Shown piece by piece: positions 42,071-51,484 of a DNA stretch of 64,000 bases. Source of the stretch: Burkholderiales bacterium (GTDB taxonomy: Bacteria > Pseudomonadota > Gammaproteobacteria > Burkholderiales > Nitrosomonadaceae); the NCBI GenBank assembly GCA_024235755.1, contig JACKLV010000002.1, positions 108,546-172,545 of the forward strand. The letters are read 5' to 3'. The translations under genes and the position numbers were made by a program. Numbering within the stretch: the stretch's first letter is position 1; each line of letters opens with the position of its first letter. The notes beneath the pieces were generated by a model. The model did not search any database. It saw only the letters and a program-made list of their open reading frames with translations, and was not told the DNA's origin.

Positions 42071-42247
42071 TTTTCTATATTTTCCCAGTTTGGTCAGGCC
42101 CAAGGGATACTGCTCTGCTGCTTGTTGTTTGCCTTTTTCTACTCCCTGATTCTATCAGGGTTTTGAATTTTTTTATCAACGGATGAAAATAGAATTTACT
42201 GAGGAGAATCATTGCCGTCTGATTGTTACAAAATGGGTCAAAAAAGG

Positions 42248-42964
42248 TCAGTCTGCATTTTTATGCAAGTTCTGCCTGATATTTTCAGGGTTCGAATAGC
42301 GTATATTTTCAGGCGCATTGGTGCCGCCAGTTACTACAAAAGTCATTGCTTCTTCCGTACTCCAGTCAGTCATGACAATGTTTTTGATCGGTACAATTTC
42401 AATATAACCTGAAGTCGGATTGGGAGAAGTAGGGACATAAACAGCAGCCAGTTTTTCTCCGGTTTCAGTGTCATCCAGTACTTTAGTAATAAACCCGATG
42501 GCTTTCATTTCGGAGGAGGGAAAGCTGATCAAGACAACTCTTCTCCCCGCAACAGGTGGTTGGCTCAAGGTATTGAGAAATCGCTTTGTGGCGCCATAAA
42601 TGGTTTGTACCAGTGGCAGTCGAGCCAAAATATCTTCATAAAGACTGATCACTTTTTTGCCTATCACAAAGGAAGCGAGCAAACCTATGCCGTAAAGACC
42701 GGCAATGGTCAGTAATGCGGCAACGCCCTGCTGGAAACTGGAGTCGAGTAGCCAGTTGGCTATCGTATCCGAATGCGGGCGCATTGCGCGCGCAAGTCCT
42801 TTTAGCAAAGGTTCGCCCATTTGTGCCAGCATCTTCAGTACAAACTCAAAAACCAGCCATGTTACCCAGAGCGGAGCGACTGTCAAAGCGCCGATTAAGA
42901 CATATCTCCCAACATGTGCTGAACGTTCTTGTTGATGCATATTGTTGTTTTGATGCGTATTCAT
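42248..42964 (-). CDS. DUF502-like integral membrane protein
   Basis: It has two N-terminal TM helices (YVLIGALTVAPLWVTWLVFEF, AALLTIAGLYGIGLLASFVIG), then a soluble domain with YVPTSPNPTSGY typical of DUF502. Confidence 0.65.
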   Translation of the reverse strand: MNTHQNNNMHQQERSAHVGRYVLIGALTVAPLWVTWLVFEFVLKMLAQMGEPLLKGLARAMRPHSDTIANWLLDSSFQQGVAALLTIAGLYGIGLLASFVIGKKVISLYEDILARLPLVQTIYGATKRFLNTLSQPPVAGRRVVLISFPSSEMKAIGFITKVLDDTETGEKLAAVYVPTSPNPTSGYIEIVPIKNIVMTDWSTEEAMTFVVTGGTNAPENIRYSNPENIRQNLHKNAD

Positions 42965-43412
42965 AACTGATCTGGTTAGTTTAGGTACTGGTTCATATGA
43001 GCATTGAGCCGTAAAAGAGTACGGTAACCGGTTTTGTATTCGCGTTCCAGGAAATAATATGTTAAAAAATAAATGGTGATATAAGAAAAAGTGGCTTTTT
43101 CACAACAGTGAATTTTCAGAGTGACCATTTGCTGGCACGCCAAGCTTGTTCTTGGTAGAATCCCAAAGCGAGGTTTCATAAATTTTACTGAAATTTTACT
43201 CACTTAACCCGTGTTATATCAAATTTAAAACAATAAATAATCGATCCTTATGCGAACATTGTTGCAGTGCAGTGGAGTAAGAAATCGCAAAAAAATTGAA
43301 ATGTGCGGGATCAGTATTATTCAGCCGGTTTTATCAATTTAAAAGTAAATTTGCTATCCGTGAGCATTATCTTAAGCAAGATGCGCTCTAAAAAGAATGA
43401 AAAGGGGCTTAT

Positions 43413-44876
43413 ATGTCATATAGTTCAACTCAAATTAATAAACTTCTCAATAGTTTGGAAAAGCATTTGGCTGATGAACATCCGGATAATCCGGTCTTGG
43501 CCAAAGCAGTTAAAAGTTTTCGAAAAATCGATTATATTGCCTATGGAATGGGCCTGCTAAGCCGAGATGAATCTTATGCGACCTGCGTGACATGGTGGCC
43601 TATGATTGCTGTGTTGGGTACATTCTCAGCAGGCAAGTCAACTTTCATTAATTCGCATTTAGGCATGAAGCTACAGCGAACGGGTAACCAGGCGGTTGAT
43701 GATAAATTCACGGTCATTTGCTACAGCCGCCATAATGAGGCAAAAACATTGCCGGGAGTGGCGCTCGATGCAGACCCGCGTTTTCCTTTTTTTCATATCA
43801 GTAAAAGTATTGAGGAAATTTCCGAAGCCGGACAAGAGCGGATTGACGCCTACTTGCAGTTAAAAACCTGTCCATCAGAAAACATTCGTGGCAAGATTCT
43901 GATCGATTCCCCGGGTTTTGACGCTGATAGTCAGCGTGCATCAACATTGCGATTGACACAGCATATTATCAATCTTTCGGATTTGGTGCTGGTTTTCTTC
44001 GATGCGCGACATCCGGAACCTAAAGCAATGCAAGACACACTCGCGTATCTGGTTTCTGCAAGTGTCAACCGTGCTGATGCTAACAAATTTCTTTATATTC
44101 TTAATCAGATGGACGTGACCGCTCAGGAAGACAATCCTGAAGAAGTGGTTTCGGCTTGGCAACGCTCACTTGCTGAAGTTGGTCTGATCGCTGGTCGTTT
44201 TTATCGAATTTATAATCCGGATGTGGCGGTGCCAATCAGTGATCCTCAAGTGAAGGAGCGATTCGAAAAAAAACGGGAAGATGATTTGAGAGATATTTTT
44301 GCGCGAATGCAGCAAATTGAGGTGGAGCGTTCTTACCGTATTGTTGGAAAACTTGAACAGACGGCAAAGTCGATCAAAAATCAGATCGTTGTGAAACTGA
44401 CTGAAATGCTGAATGAATGGAAAAATAAAGTACTTTTATTCGATGGCATTATCTTCGCAATATTTGCAGTACTAGGGGGTGTGGCTCTGCATTTATCCGA
44501 TTCATGGGATTTGTTGAGTGCGTTAGTGCCCGGGAATGAATCTTTTTCAACCACAGCGTTGATGGTATTGCTGTTTATTCTCGTTTTTGTTCATTTTACA
44601 GTGCGAAAGCGAGTGGCAGACAAGATTAAAAAGAGACTGGTGCAAGAAATGGGAAATGACCATGAGACGTGTAAACAATATATCGGTGCTTTTAGTAAGA
44701 GTACAGCAGCTTACCGTTCAATGCTTTTCAAAAACCCAGCTGGATGGAATGAAGTTACAGAACACACAATTGATGAGATTGTAGATGAATCAAATGATTA
44801 TATTCAGGAGCTAAATGATCAGTTCACAAATCCTTCAGGTAACGAGGAAAGAAATTCCCAAGCGATAGCTGAATAA
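43413..44876 (+). CDS. Dynamin-family GTPase with a membrane hairpin
   Basis: G1 is VLGTFSAGKSTFIN, G3 is LIDSPGF and G4 is the variant LNQMD. It has a helical stalk-like region, two adjacent hydrophobic helices (about aa 340-361 and 380-397) and an acidic tail. Confidence 0.75.
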   Translation: MSYSSTQINKLLNSLEKHLADEHPDNPVLAKAVKSFRKIDYIAYGMGLLSRDESYATCVTWWPMIAVLGTFSAGKSTFINSHLGMKLQRTGNQAVDDKFTVICYSRHNEAKTLPGVALDADPRFPFFHISKSIEEISEAGQERIDAYLQLKTCPSENIRGKILIDSPGFDADSQRASTLRLTQHIINLSDLVLVFFDARHPEPKAMQDTLAYLVSASVNRADANKFLYILNQMDVTAQEDNPEEVVSAWQRSLAEVGLIAGRFYRIYNPDVAVPISDPQVKERFEKKREDDLRDIFARMQQIEVERSYRIVGKLEQTAKSIKNQIVVKLTEMLNEWKNKVLLFDGIIFAIFAVLGGVALHLSDSWDLLSALVPGNESFSTTALMVLLFILVFVHFTVRKRVADKIKKRLVQEMGNDHETCKQYIGAFSKSTAAYRSMLFKNPAGWNEVTEHTIDEIVDESNDYIQELNDQFTNPSGNEERNSQAIAE

Positions 44877-45433
44877 ATGTTTGTAAACTGGCTAAAAAGA
44901 AACAGGCTGAAGATCTTTTGCTGAGTCCTAGTACTCTGTCCATGCGATCTTGCCGGATTCAGCGAGCTTTTTAGTGTTCATGGCGAGGCGTGCTGTACCG
45001 TGCACGTGTTGTTCCATTCGCATCCATGAATGCTGAAAGACTCGCCCTCAGGCATAGTCGTGTTACAGTACTTGAAAAAGGAGCTCCTTTCCTACGCACT
45101 GTGCCTTATCGCATAACTCTACGGCTACGCTGTACCTGACAATTTCACTTGGGTAGAGTTTTAGGGTTTTGAACTGCGGATTGGGTTGTTGATTTAATGA
45201 ACGGTTTTTTAGTTAACCACTTCTTAGATGGGTTATAGTGAGCATGGTTGCTATATTAATAGCAACTTGGATCAGTGTTTATCAAGATACTTCGTCCAGT
45301 ATTGACGGATTTTTTTAATAGGTCAGTCAAATAATAAAGAGCTAAGGCGATCTGTTTTGGACAAGGTTCATATTAAGGAGTAAAATTCACGGTTTTATAA
45401 AATTTTTACATTTGGTTTTAACTGGAGAAATGT

Positions 45434-45703
45434 ATGTCAGTAACAACTGATCAAAAAGCACAAGTCATGCGCGATTTTCAAAGGGGGGAAGGCGATACCG
45501 GTTCGCCGGAAGTTCAAGTGGCGCTGTTGACTGCGCGTATTAACGATTTAATTGATCATTTTAAGATACATGTCAAGGATCATCATTCAAGGCGTGGTTT
45601 GCTGCGCATGGTTGGTCAGCGGCGCAAGTTGCTTGATTACCTGAAACGCCATGATATTAACGCCTATAAGACGTTGATTGATCGCCTTGGTTTACGAAAA
45701 TAA
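45434..45703 (+). CDS. rpsO: 30S ribosomal protein S15
   Basis: The 89-aa product carries [20 protein letters not shown]...[12 protein letters not shown]-type sequence. Confidence 0.97.
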   Translation: MSVTTDQKAQVMRDFQRGEGDTGSPEVQVALLTARINDLIDHFKIHVKDHHSRRGLLRMVGQRRKLLDYLKRHDINAYKTLIDRLGLRK

Positions 45704-45810
45704 AAATATCTGAATATAAACACTCTGGTTAACTTGTTGTATTGTGGTTTGACTGCTTGACTACGGCTTGTGACTGTACTGGCGTTGAATTTAAGAAAAA
45801 GGATTGCTAA

Positions 45811-47952
45811 TTGAAATCGATCAAAAAGAGTATTACTTACGGACGGCACCAACTTGTTCTGGAAACGGGCGAAATCGCCAGGCAAGCACATGGTGCGGTT
45901 ATGGTGACAATGGATGATACTGTTGTACTCGTAACAGTCGTTGGTGCTAAACAAGTCAGTCCGGGCCAAGATTTTTTTCCACTGACAGTTGATTATCAAG
46001 AGAAATTTTATGCTGCCGGCAGAATTCCTGGCAGTTTCTTCAAGCGTGAAGGGCGTCCTTCAGAAAAAGAAACATTGACCTCTCGCCTCATTGACCGTCC
46101 AATACGTCCACTCTTTCCAGATGGTTTTTATAATGAAGTTCAGGTCGTAGCTACGGTTTTGTCCTCTAATGAGGAAGTGGATGCCGATATTCCTGCAATT
46201 ATTGGAACATCGGCAGCATTGGTTTTGTCAGGTATCCCATTTGACGGTCCAATTGGCGCTGCACGTGTGGGTTATATCAATAATGAATATGTTCTGAATC
46301 CGACGACGACTGAACTTAAAGATACGCAGTTGAACCTGGTTGTTGCCGGAACTCAGCAGGCAGTGCTCATGGTTGAATCTGAGGCCCTGGAACTATCTGA
46401 AGACATCATGCTTGGTGCCGTAGTATACGGGCATGAGCAAATGCAGACTATCATCGAGGCAATCAATGAATTGGCCGATGAAGCCGGCGTCACCGCATGG
46501 GATTGGGCGCCTTCCGAAAAGGATGGTGTCTTAGAGAAAAAAGTCTCAGAAATCGCTGAAGCTGAGTTACGCGAAGCTTTCAAAATCCGGCAGAAGCAGG
46601 CGCGTACCGAGGCTATAGCGACTGTACGTCAGAAGAGTATTGAAGCGCTTGGTGTTGGAAATGAAGATGGACCGGAACAAAGTGCTTTTGAAGAAGCTTT
46701 TTTTGCGCTGGAATCGGCTATTGTGCGTAATCAAATACTTGATGGTGAACCCAGAATTGATGGCCGCGGGACGAGGACTGTCAGGCCGATCACAATTCGC
46801 AATGGCGTGCTGCCGCGCGCGCACGGCTCAGCACTTTTTACTCGTGGTGAGACGCAGTCATTGGCAGTAGCGACACTTGGTACCGCACGCGATGAACAGA
46901 AAATTGACTCGTTACAGGGCGATTATTCCGAACGCTTCATGCTGCACTATAACATGCCTCCTTATGCAACCGGTGAAACCGGTCGTGTCGGCTCGCCCAA
47001 GCGCCGGGAAATCGGTCATGGGCGTTTGGCAAAACGCGCACTGGTTGCAGTGCTTCCATCTCAGGAAGAATTTGGCTATTCTTTACGTGTAGTTTCAGAA
47101 ATTACTGAGTCCAATGGTTCCAGTTCCATGGCTTCAGTTTGTGGTGGTTGTCTGGCATTGATGGATGCCGGCGTGCCATTGAAAGGGCATGTTGCGGGTA
47201 TTGCCATGGGGTTGATCAAAGAAGGTAATCGTTTTGCGGTTTTGACCGATATTCTGGGTGACGAAGACCATCTTGGTGATATGGATTTCAAAGTTGCCGG
47301 AACTGAAAAAGGTATTACCGCTTTACAAATGGATATAAAAATACAGGGTATTACTAAAGAAATCATGCATGCTGCACTGTTACAGGCAAGTGATGGTCGT
47401 ATGCACATACTCGGTATTATGAAAGAAGCCATGCCAGTGACGCGTGACAGTATTTCAATTCACGCGCCACGTATCATAAAAATCAAAATCAATCCTGAGA
47501 AAATTCGCGATGTTATTGGAAAAGGTGGTGCTGTTATCCGTACCTTAACCGAGGAAACCGGCACAACAATCGATATCACTGACGATGGACAAGTGACTAT
47601 TGCATGTGTCAATGCGGAAAATGGAGAGCTTGCTAAAAAGCGCATTGAGGATATTACCGCAGAAGTGGAAGTTGGTCGAATTTATGATGGTACCGTGCTG
47701 AAATTGCTGGATTTTGGTGCAATCGTCAGTGTGCTGCCAGGTAAAGATGGGTTGTTGCATATTTCTCAGATTGCCAATGAACGAGTAAATAATGTTTCGG
47801 ATCATCTCAGCGAGGGTCAATCAGTGCGTGTTAAAGTACTTGAGGCAGATGATAAAGGTCGCTTACGCTTGAGTATGAAAGCAGTTGCAAATGAAGAAGC
47901 AGAAGGTAATACAGACAATTCTGTCGAAATGACTGATGCGACTGAAAATTAA
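45811..47952 (+). CDS. pnp: Polyribonucleotide nucleotidyltransferase (TTG start)
   Basis: It has two RNase PH domains plus KH and S1 domains, is 713 aa long and lies downstream of rpsO. Confidence 0.97.
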   Translation: MKSIKKSITYGRHQLVLETGEIARQAHGAVMVTMDDTVVLVTVVGAKQVSPGQDFFPLTVDYQEKFYAAGRIPGSFFKREGRPSEKETLTSRLIDRPIRPLFPDGFYNEVQVVATVLSSNEEVDADIPAIIGTSAALVLSGIPFDGPIGAARVGYINNEYVLNPTTTELKDTQLNLVVAGTQQAVLMVESEALELSEDIMLGAVVYGHEQMQTIIEAINELADEAGVTAWDWAPSEKDGVLEKKVSEIAEAELREAFKIRQKQARTEAIATVRQKSIEALGVGNEDGPEQSAFEEAFFALESAIVRNQILDGEPRIDGRGTRTVRPITIRNGVLPRAHGSALFTRGETQSLAVATLGTARDEQKIDSLQGDYSERFMLHYNMPPYATGETGRVGSPKRREIGHGRLAKRALVAVLPSQEEFGYSLRVVSEITESNGSSSMASVCGGCLALMDAGVPLKGHVAGIAMGLIKEGNRFAVLTDILGDEDHLGDMDFKVAGTEKGITALQMDIKIQGITKEIMHAALLQASDGRMHILGIMKEAMPVTRDSISIHAPRIIKIKINPEKIRDVIGKGGAVIRTLTEETGTTIDITDDGQVTIACVNAENGELAKKRIEDITAEVEVGRIYDGTVLKLLDFGAIVSVLPGKDGLLHISQIANERVNNVSDHLSEGQSVRVKVLEADDKGRLRLSMKAVANEEAEGNTDNSVEMTDATEN

Positions 47953-48399
47953 GCCTGAATAATTTTTTGCTAACCTTTTAATAGATGTCTGTGTTTATTT
48001 AAGAATTAATATACGCTCAGTTGAAGCGTACAAGTCTGCACAGGCATGTATGCCGTTGTAAATTTACTGTTGGTTATAATCTAAACATGCTCTGGTGGCT
48101 GCCTGCAAGCCTTGTTGTGTAATCTGAGTGAGGCCTCTGAAGAGGCTTTTAGAAGTTCTACTTTTAGGTTCTAAGGTCTGATTTCATGAATTTTATAATT
48201 CATAACAACAAACTGAAGTTCCTCCTAGATGCGTAATTCTCGTTATACCATTTGTTCTTCAAAGCAAATACCACAAACTTCATTTTATTTATTCCGAGTA
48301 AGCAATCCAGGTTGATTAGAGCAGTGCTGTTATGTGTTTGATAGATTACCTTGGCGCTGTCAATAGTATGTTATTGTTCTAAACAGTCATAATCCCAGT

Positions 48400-48786
48400 A
48401 TGAAAACAGGTGCAAATGACATTTGTTGTTGTGGTCAAGTGAAGGCTTATATTGATTGCTGTGGCCGTTATATCGATGCTGGAGAATTGCCTGAAACAGC
48501 TGAGAAGTTGATGCGTTCACGTTATACGGCCTACGTGCTGGGCCGTACAGATTTCCTTTTAGCTACATGGCACCCACATACGCGACCAGTATCACTCGCA
48601 TTGACAACGCAACAAAAGTGGCTGGATCTTTCCGTAAAAAAGTATGAGCAACTGTCGCCTGAGCATGCTGTTGTAGAATTTGTAGCACGCTACAAAGTTG
48701 CTGGCCGTACTCACTGTCTGCATGAAATTAGCCGATTTGTGTTTGAGAGAGGGCGCTGGCTTTATGTTGAGGGTGAATTTATTTAA
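48400..48786 (+). CDS. YchJ-family (UPF0225) protein with an N-terminal SEC-C-like Cys motif
   Basis: It has CCCGQVKAYIDCCGRY and the pattern MRSRYTAYVLG...WH, typical of YchJ. Confidence 0.7.
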   Translation: MKTGANDICCCGQVKAYIDCCGRYIDAGELPETAEKLMRSRYTAYVLGRTDFLLATWHPHTRPVSLALTTQQKWLDLSVKKYEQLSPEHAVVEFVARYKVAGRTHCLHEISRFVFERGRWLYVEGEFI

Positions 48787-48813
48787 GAATCTCAGTGAAC
48801 TGGAGTGAGGGTC

Positions 48814-49572
48814 ATGGACAATAAACTCTATAAACAAGAATTATATACTCTGCAGGTAGAACTGGTGAAATTTCATAAAAGCGTGATTGAAAATGGCCGT
48901 AAAGTCTGCCTTCTCTTCGAAGGCAGGGACGCAGCAGGTAAGGATGGCACCATTAAGCGCTTCAATGAACACCTAAGTCCACGGGAAGTAAGAACAGTTG
49001 CATTAGGAACTCCGTCCGACCGGGAGAAAAATGCATGGTATTTTCAGCGTTTTGTCCCACATTTACCGGTTGCCGGAGAAATTGTATTTTTTAACCGCAG
49101 TTGGTATAACCGTGCCGGTGTTGAACGGGTAATGAATTTTTGTCAAAAAAAAGAATATTTGAAATTCATGAATGAGGTGGCTAATTTTGAGCATTTGTTG
49201 ACGCATGCGGGCTTAGTATTTTTTAAATATTATCTTGATATTTCTAAAAAAGAGCAAAAGAAACGGCTCAGAGCGCGTAGAGAAAGTCCGTTAAAACAAT
49301 GGAAAATCAGTCCCATCGATGAAAAAGCGCAGAGGTTATGGCATGCCTACTCTGAAGCTAGAAATGCTATGTTTGTAAAAACCAGCTTTGTTTTTTCGCC
49401 ATGGTATATCGTGCATTGCGATAATAAAAAACGTACGCGTATCAATGTAATGAAACATTTTCTAAGTCATGTTGATTACCAGGGCAAGAAAAGTGAAGCT
49501 TTAATTTACGATCCATCTGTTGTGTTTAAATTTGACCCTGTTTGCTTTGAGAAGGACATGATTGCATCATAA
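48814..49572 (+). CDS. ppk2: Polyphosphate kinase 2 (single-domain)
   Basis: Walker A-like FEGRDAAGKDGTIKR, FNRSWYNRAGVERV and a lid region are present. Confidence 0.9.
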   Translation: MDNKLYKQELYTLQVELVKFHKSVIENGRKVCLLFEGRDAAGKDGTIKRFNEHLSPREVRTVALGTPSDREKNAWYFQRFVPHLPVAGEIVFFNRSWYNRAGVERVMNFCQKKEYLKFMNEVANFEHLLTHAGLVFFKYYLDISKKEQKKRLRARRESPLKQWKISPIDEKAQRLWHAYSEARNAMFVKTSFVFSPWYIVHCDNKKRTRINVMKHFLSHVDYQGKKSEALIYDPSVVFKFDPVCFEKDMIAS

Positions 49573-49663
49573 TGAATGCTTGCAGTATAGTGTTCATGTT
49601 TATTACATATGAGAAATAACGCGCCTAACCCTGAGATTTTAGGTGAATTAAATCATGGACGCG

Positions 49664-50899
49664 TCATACGGCCTGGCCAGCGGCATGGCCCGAGGACCAA
49701 GCCCACTGAAAGTTAAAACCACCCAATTGTCCGGTAACATCGACGACTTCTCCGATAAAAAACAACCCGGGAATCTGCTTGGCCTCCATTGTTTTGGAAG
49801 ATAATGCACGCGTGTCTATTCCACCCAGTGTTACCTCAGCTTTTTTGTAGCCCATAGTCCCGTTTGGGACGACTTTCCAGTGGTGAATCTGCTCGGCGAT
49901 CTGTAATACGGTAGTATCGGAGAATTGCCTGACTGGTTTACTCGCCAGATGCGGCAACGCTAGGCGTGCCAGAACCCAGTCGCACCAGATCTGCGCAAAC
50001 CGTTTGGGTAGAAAGTGGGCGAGTAAATTAACTAATCGTTGATTGTGGTATTGTTGTGACTTAAAAAGTTCGTGTAGAGAAAATTGCGGCAGCAAGTCGA
50101 TATAGATTGCTGTACCGGGTTTCCAATACGAAGAAATTTGCAGAATGGCCGGTCCGCTGAGTCCGCGATGTGTCAGTAAAATATTTTCTCTGAATGAAGT
50201 ATGATGCCAGCTGACCTGCGCATCAATAGAAATTCCTGGCATGTTCTGAAAACAAACGAAATTATCCGGCGAGACAGTTAATCCTACTAAACCGGGGCGT
50301 AGTGGTGTGACTGGAATTTTAAACTGCTTAGCGACGCGGTAACCGAAGTCACTGGCTCCAATCTGGGGTATAGACAAACCGCCGGTGGCGATGACCAGTG
50401 AATCCGTAGTAATGGTGTTGTGTTCTGTTTGAATGAGAAATCGTTTGCGTGAAAACCGGTTGGTAGAATCGCTTTCGAGATATCGAATTTGTGATACGGT
50501 TGAAGCAAGCTGCCAGGTGACTCCAACCAAATCACATTCGTTTTTGAGTAAATCAATAATCTGCTGTGCACTATCGTCACAAAACAATTGCCCAAGTTTT
50601 TTTTCGTGAAAATGTATGCCGTATTTTTCCAGTAATGCAATGATGTCGAACGGTTTATAGCGGGCAAGTGCGGAACGACAAAAGTGTGGGTTTTCAGACA
50701 GAAAATTTTCGGGTCCGGTATGTAGATTGGTAAAGTTACATCGACCTCCACCTGAAATACGTATCTTCTCGGCTGGCTTGGCTGCATGGTCTATCAGTAA
50801 AACAGAACGTCCGCGCTTGCCCGCCTCAACTGCGCACATCATACCTGCGGCCCCGGCACCAATGATCACTACATCCAAGTTTTTGATGGACTTGCACAT
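49664..50899 (-). CDS. HI0933/YhiN (BaiN)-family flavoprotein
   Basis: It has the FAD motif VIIGAGAAGMMCA, then GGGRCNFTN and a C-terminal GEVVDVTGQLGGFNFQWAWSSG. Confidence 0.85.
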   Translation of the reverse strand: MCKSIKNLDVVIIGAGAAGMMCAVEAGKRGRSVLLIDHAAKPAEKIRISGGGRCNFTNLHTGPENFLSENPHFCRSALARYKPFDIIALLEKYGIHFHEKKLGQLFCDDSAQQIIDLLKNECDLVGVTWQLASTVSQIRYLESDSTNRFSRKRFLIQTEHNTITTDSLVIATGGLSIPQIGASDFGYRVAKQFKIPVTPLRPGLVGLTVSPDNFVCFQNMPGISIDAQVSWHHTSFRENILLTHRGLSGPAILQISSYWKPGTAIYIDLLPQFSLHELFKSQQYHNQRLVNLLAHFLPKRFAQIWCDWVLARLALPHLASKPVRQFSDTTVLQIAEQIHHWKVVPNGTMGYKKAEVTLGGIDTRALSSKTMEAKQIPGLFFIGEVVDVTGQLGGFNFQWAWSSGHAAGQAV

Positions 50900-50982
50900 C
50901 AGGTTGGATGTCCGATGAGTAAAATAGGCCTGCTATGTTTGTTTTAAATCATGATGTTAATATGGACCGCTTATATTTTCAC

Positions 50983-51168
50983 TCAGGCGATATGGGTAAA
51001 GTAAGTATAGATCATCATGATTACAAACAGCAGTAGAGATACACCAATGCGAATACTCAGGGATTTGACCATGCGCGTAGAATTGCCGCTGTCTTTATAC
51101 ATGTAATAAAGTGCTGAACCCAAACTGTACAAAATAATAAGAAATAGTATCGCTGCTAAAATTTTCAA
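50983..51168 (-). CDS. Small two-TM membrane protein (DUF2909-like), TTG start
   Basis: The 61-aa hydrophobic product has an AGAGG Shine-Dalgarno 8 nt upstream of TTG 51168. The family name is uncertain. Confidence 0.4.
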   Translation of the reverse strand: MKILAAILFLIILYSLGSALYYMYKDSGNSTRMVKSLSIRIGVSLLLFVIMMIYTYFTHIA

Positions 51169-51484
51169 TGGATTACCTCTGATTTGGAGAAAAATCAAAA
51201 TCTAGACAAATAGTTTATCTGAGATTAGTTCAATATCCAATGAGAAATTGAATGGCGGTGTTTTATTGCTGTGCCTGACAATATCACATGAATAGAGCAC
51301 TAGGTTTCTATATAAGCTACGTTTCTTATCTGCTCACAGGTTGAGCTCGCAAGTTATTGGCTGTGTAAATCAATATCGTTTTATTTTTAAACGCTAATTA
51401 AATAGCGGGAAGAAACTTCTTTTTTTCTTACATCTGGCAGAGACCGGCACCTTCATAATGTGCGTACCGAAATTTGGAGATGTC

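Noticed and set aside
43133-43148. A sigma54-like TGGCAC upstream of the dynamin-like gene.
   Set aside because: The sequence is TGGCAC-GCCAA-GCTTG. The GC of the -12 element is displaced by 2 nt relative to TGGCAC-N5-TTGC, so the spacing is wrong.
42976-43560. ORFs of 75 aa (minus strand, 42976-43203) and 85 aa (plus strand, 43303-43560) in and around the DUF502/dynamin intergenic region.
   Set aside because: They come from AT-rich, low-complexity translations without motifs or ribosome-binding sites. The plus-strand one overlaps the dynamin start out of frame.
50287-50787. A 166-aa ORF in an alternative frame inside the YhiN-family flavoprotein gene.
   Set aside because: It is on the same strand but out of frame with a full-length, motif-bearing gene, and it has no recognisable features.
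51435-51450. A sigma54-like TGGCAG...GGCAC upstream of flhB.
   Set aside because: The GG-to-GC spacing is one nucleotide short of the consensus and the -12 region lacks TTGC. This is not convincing.
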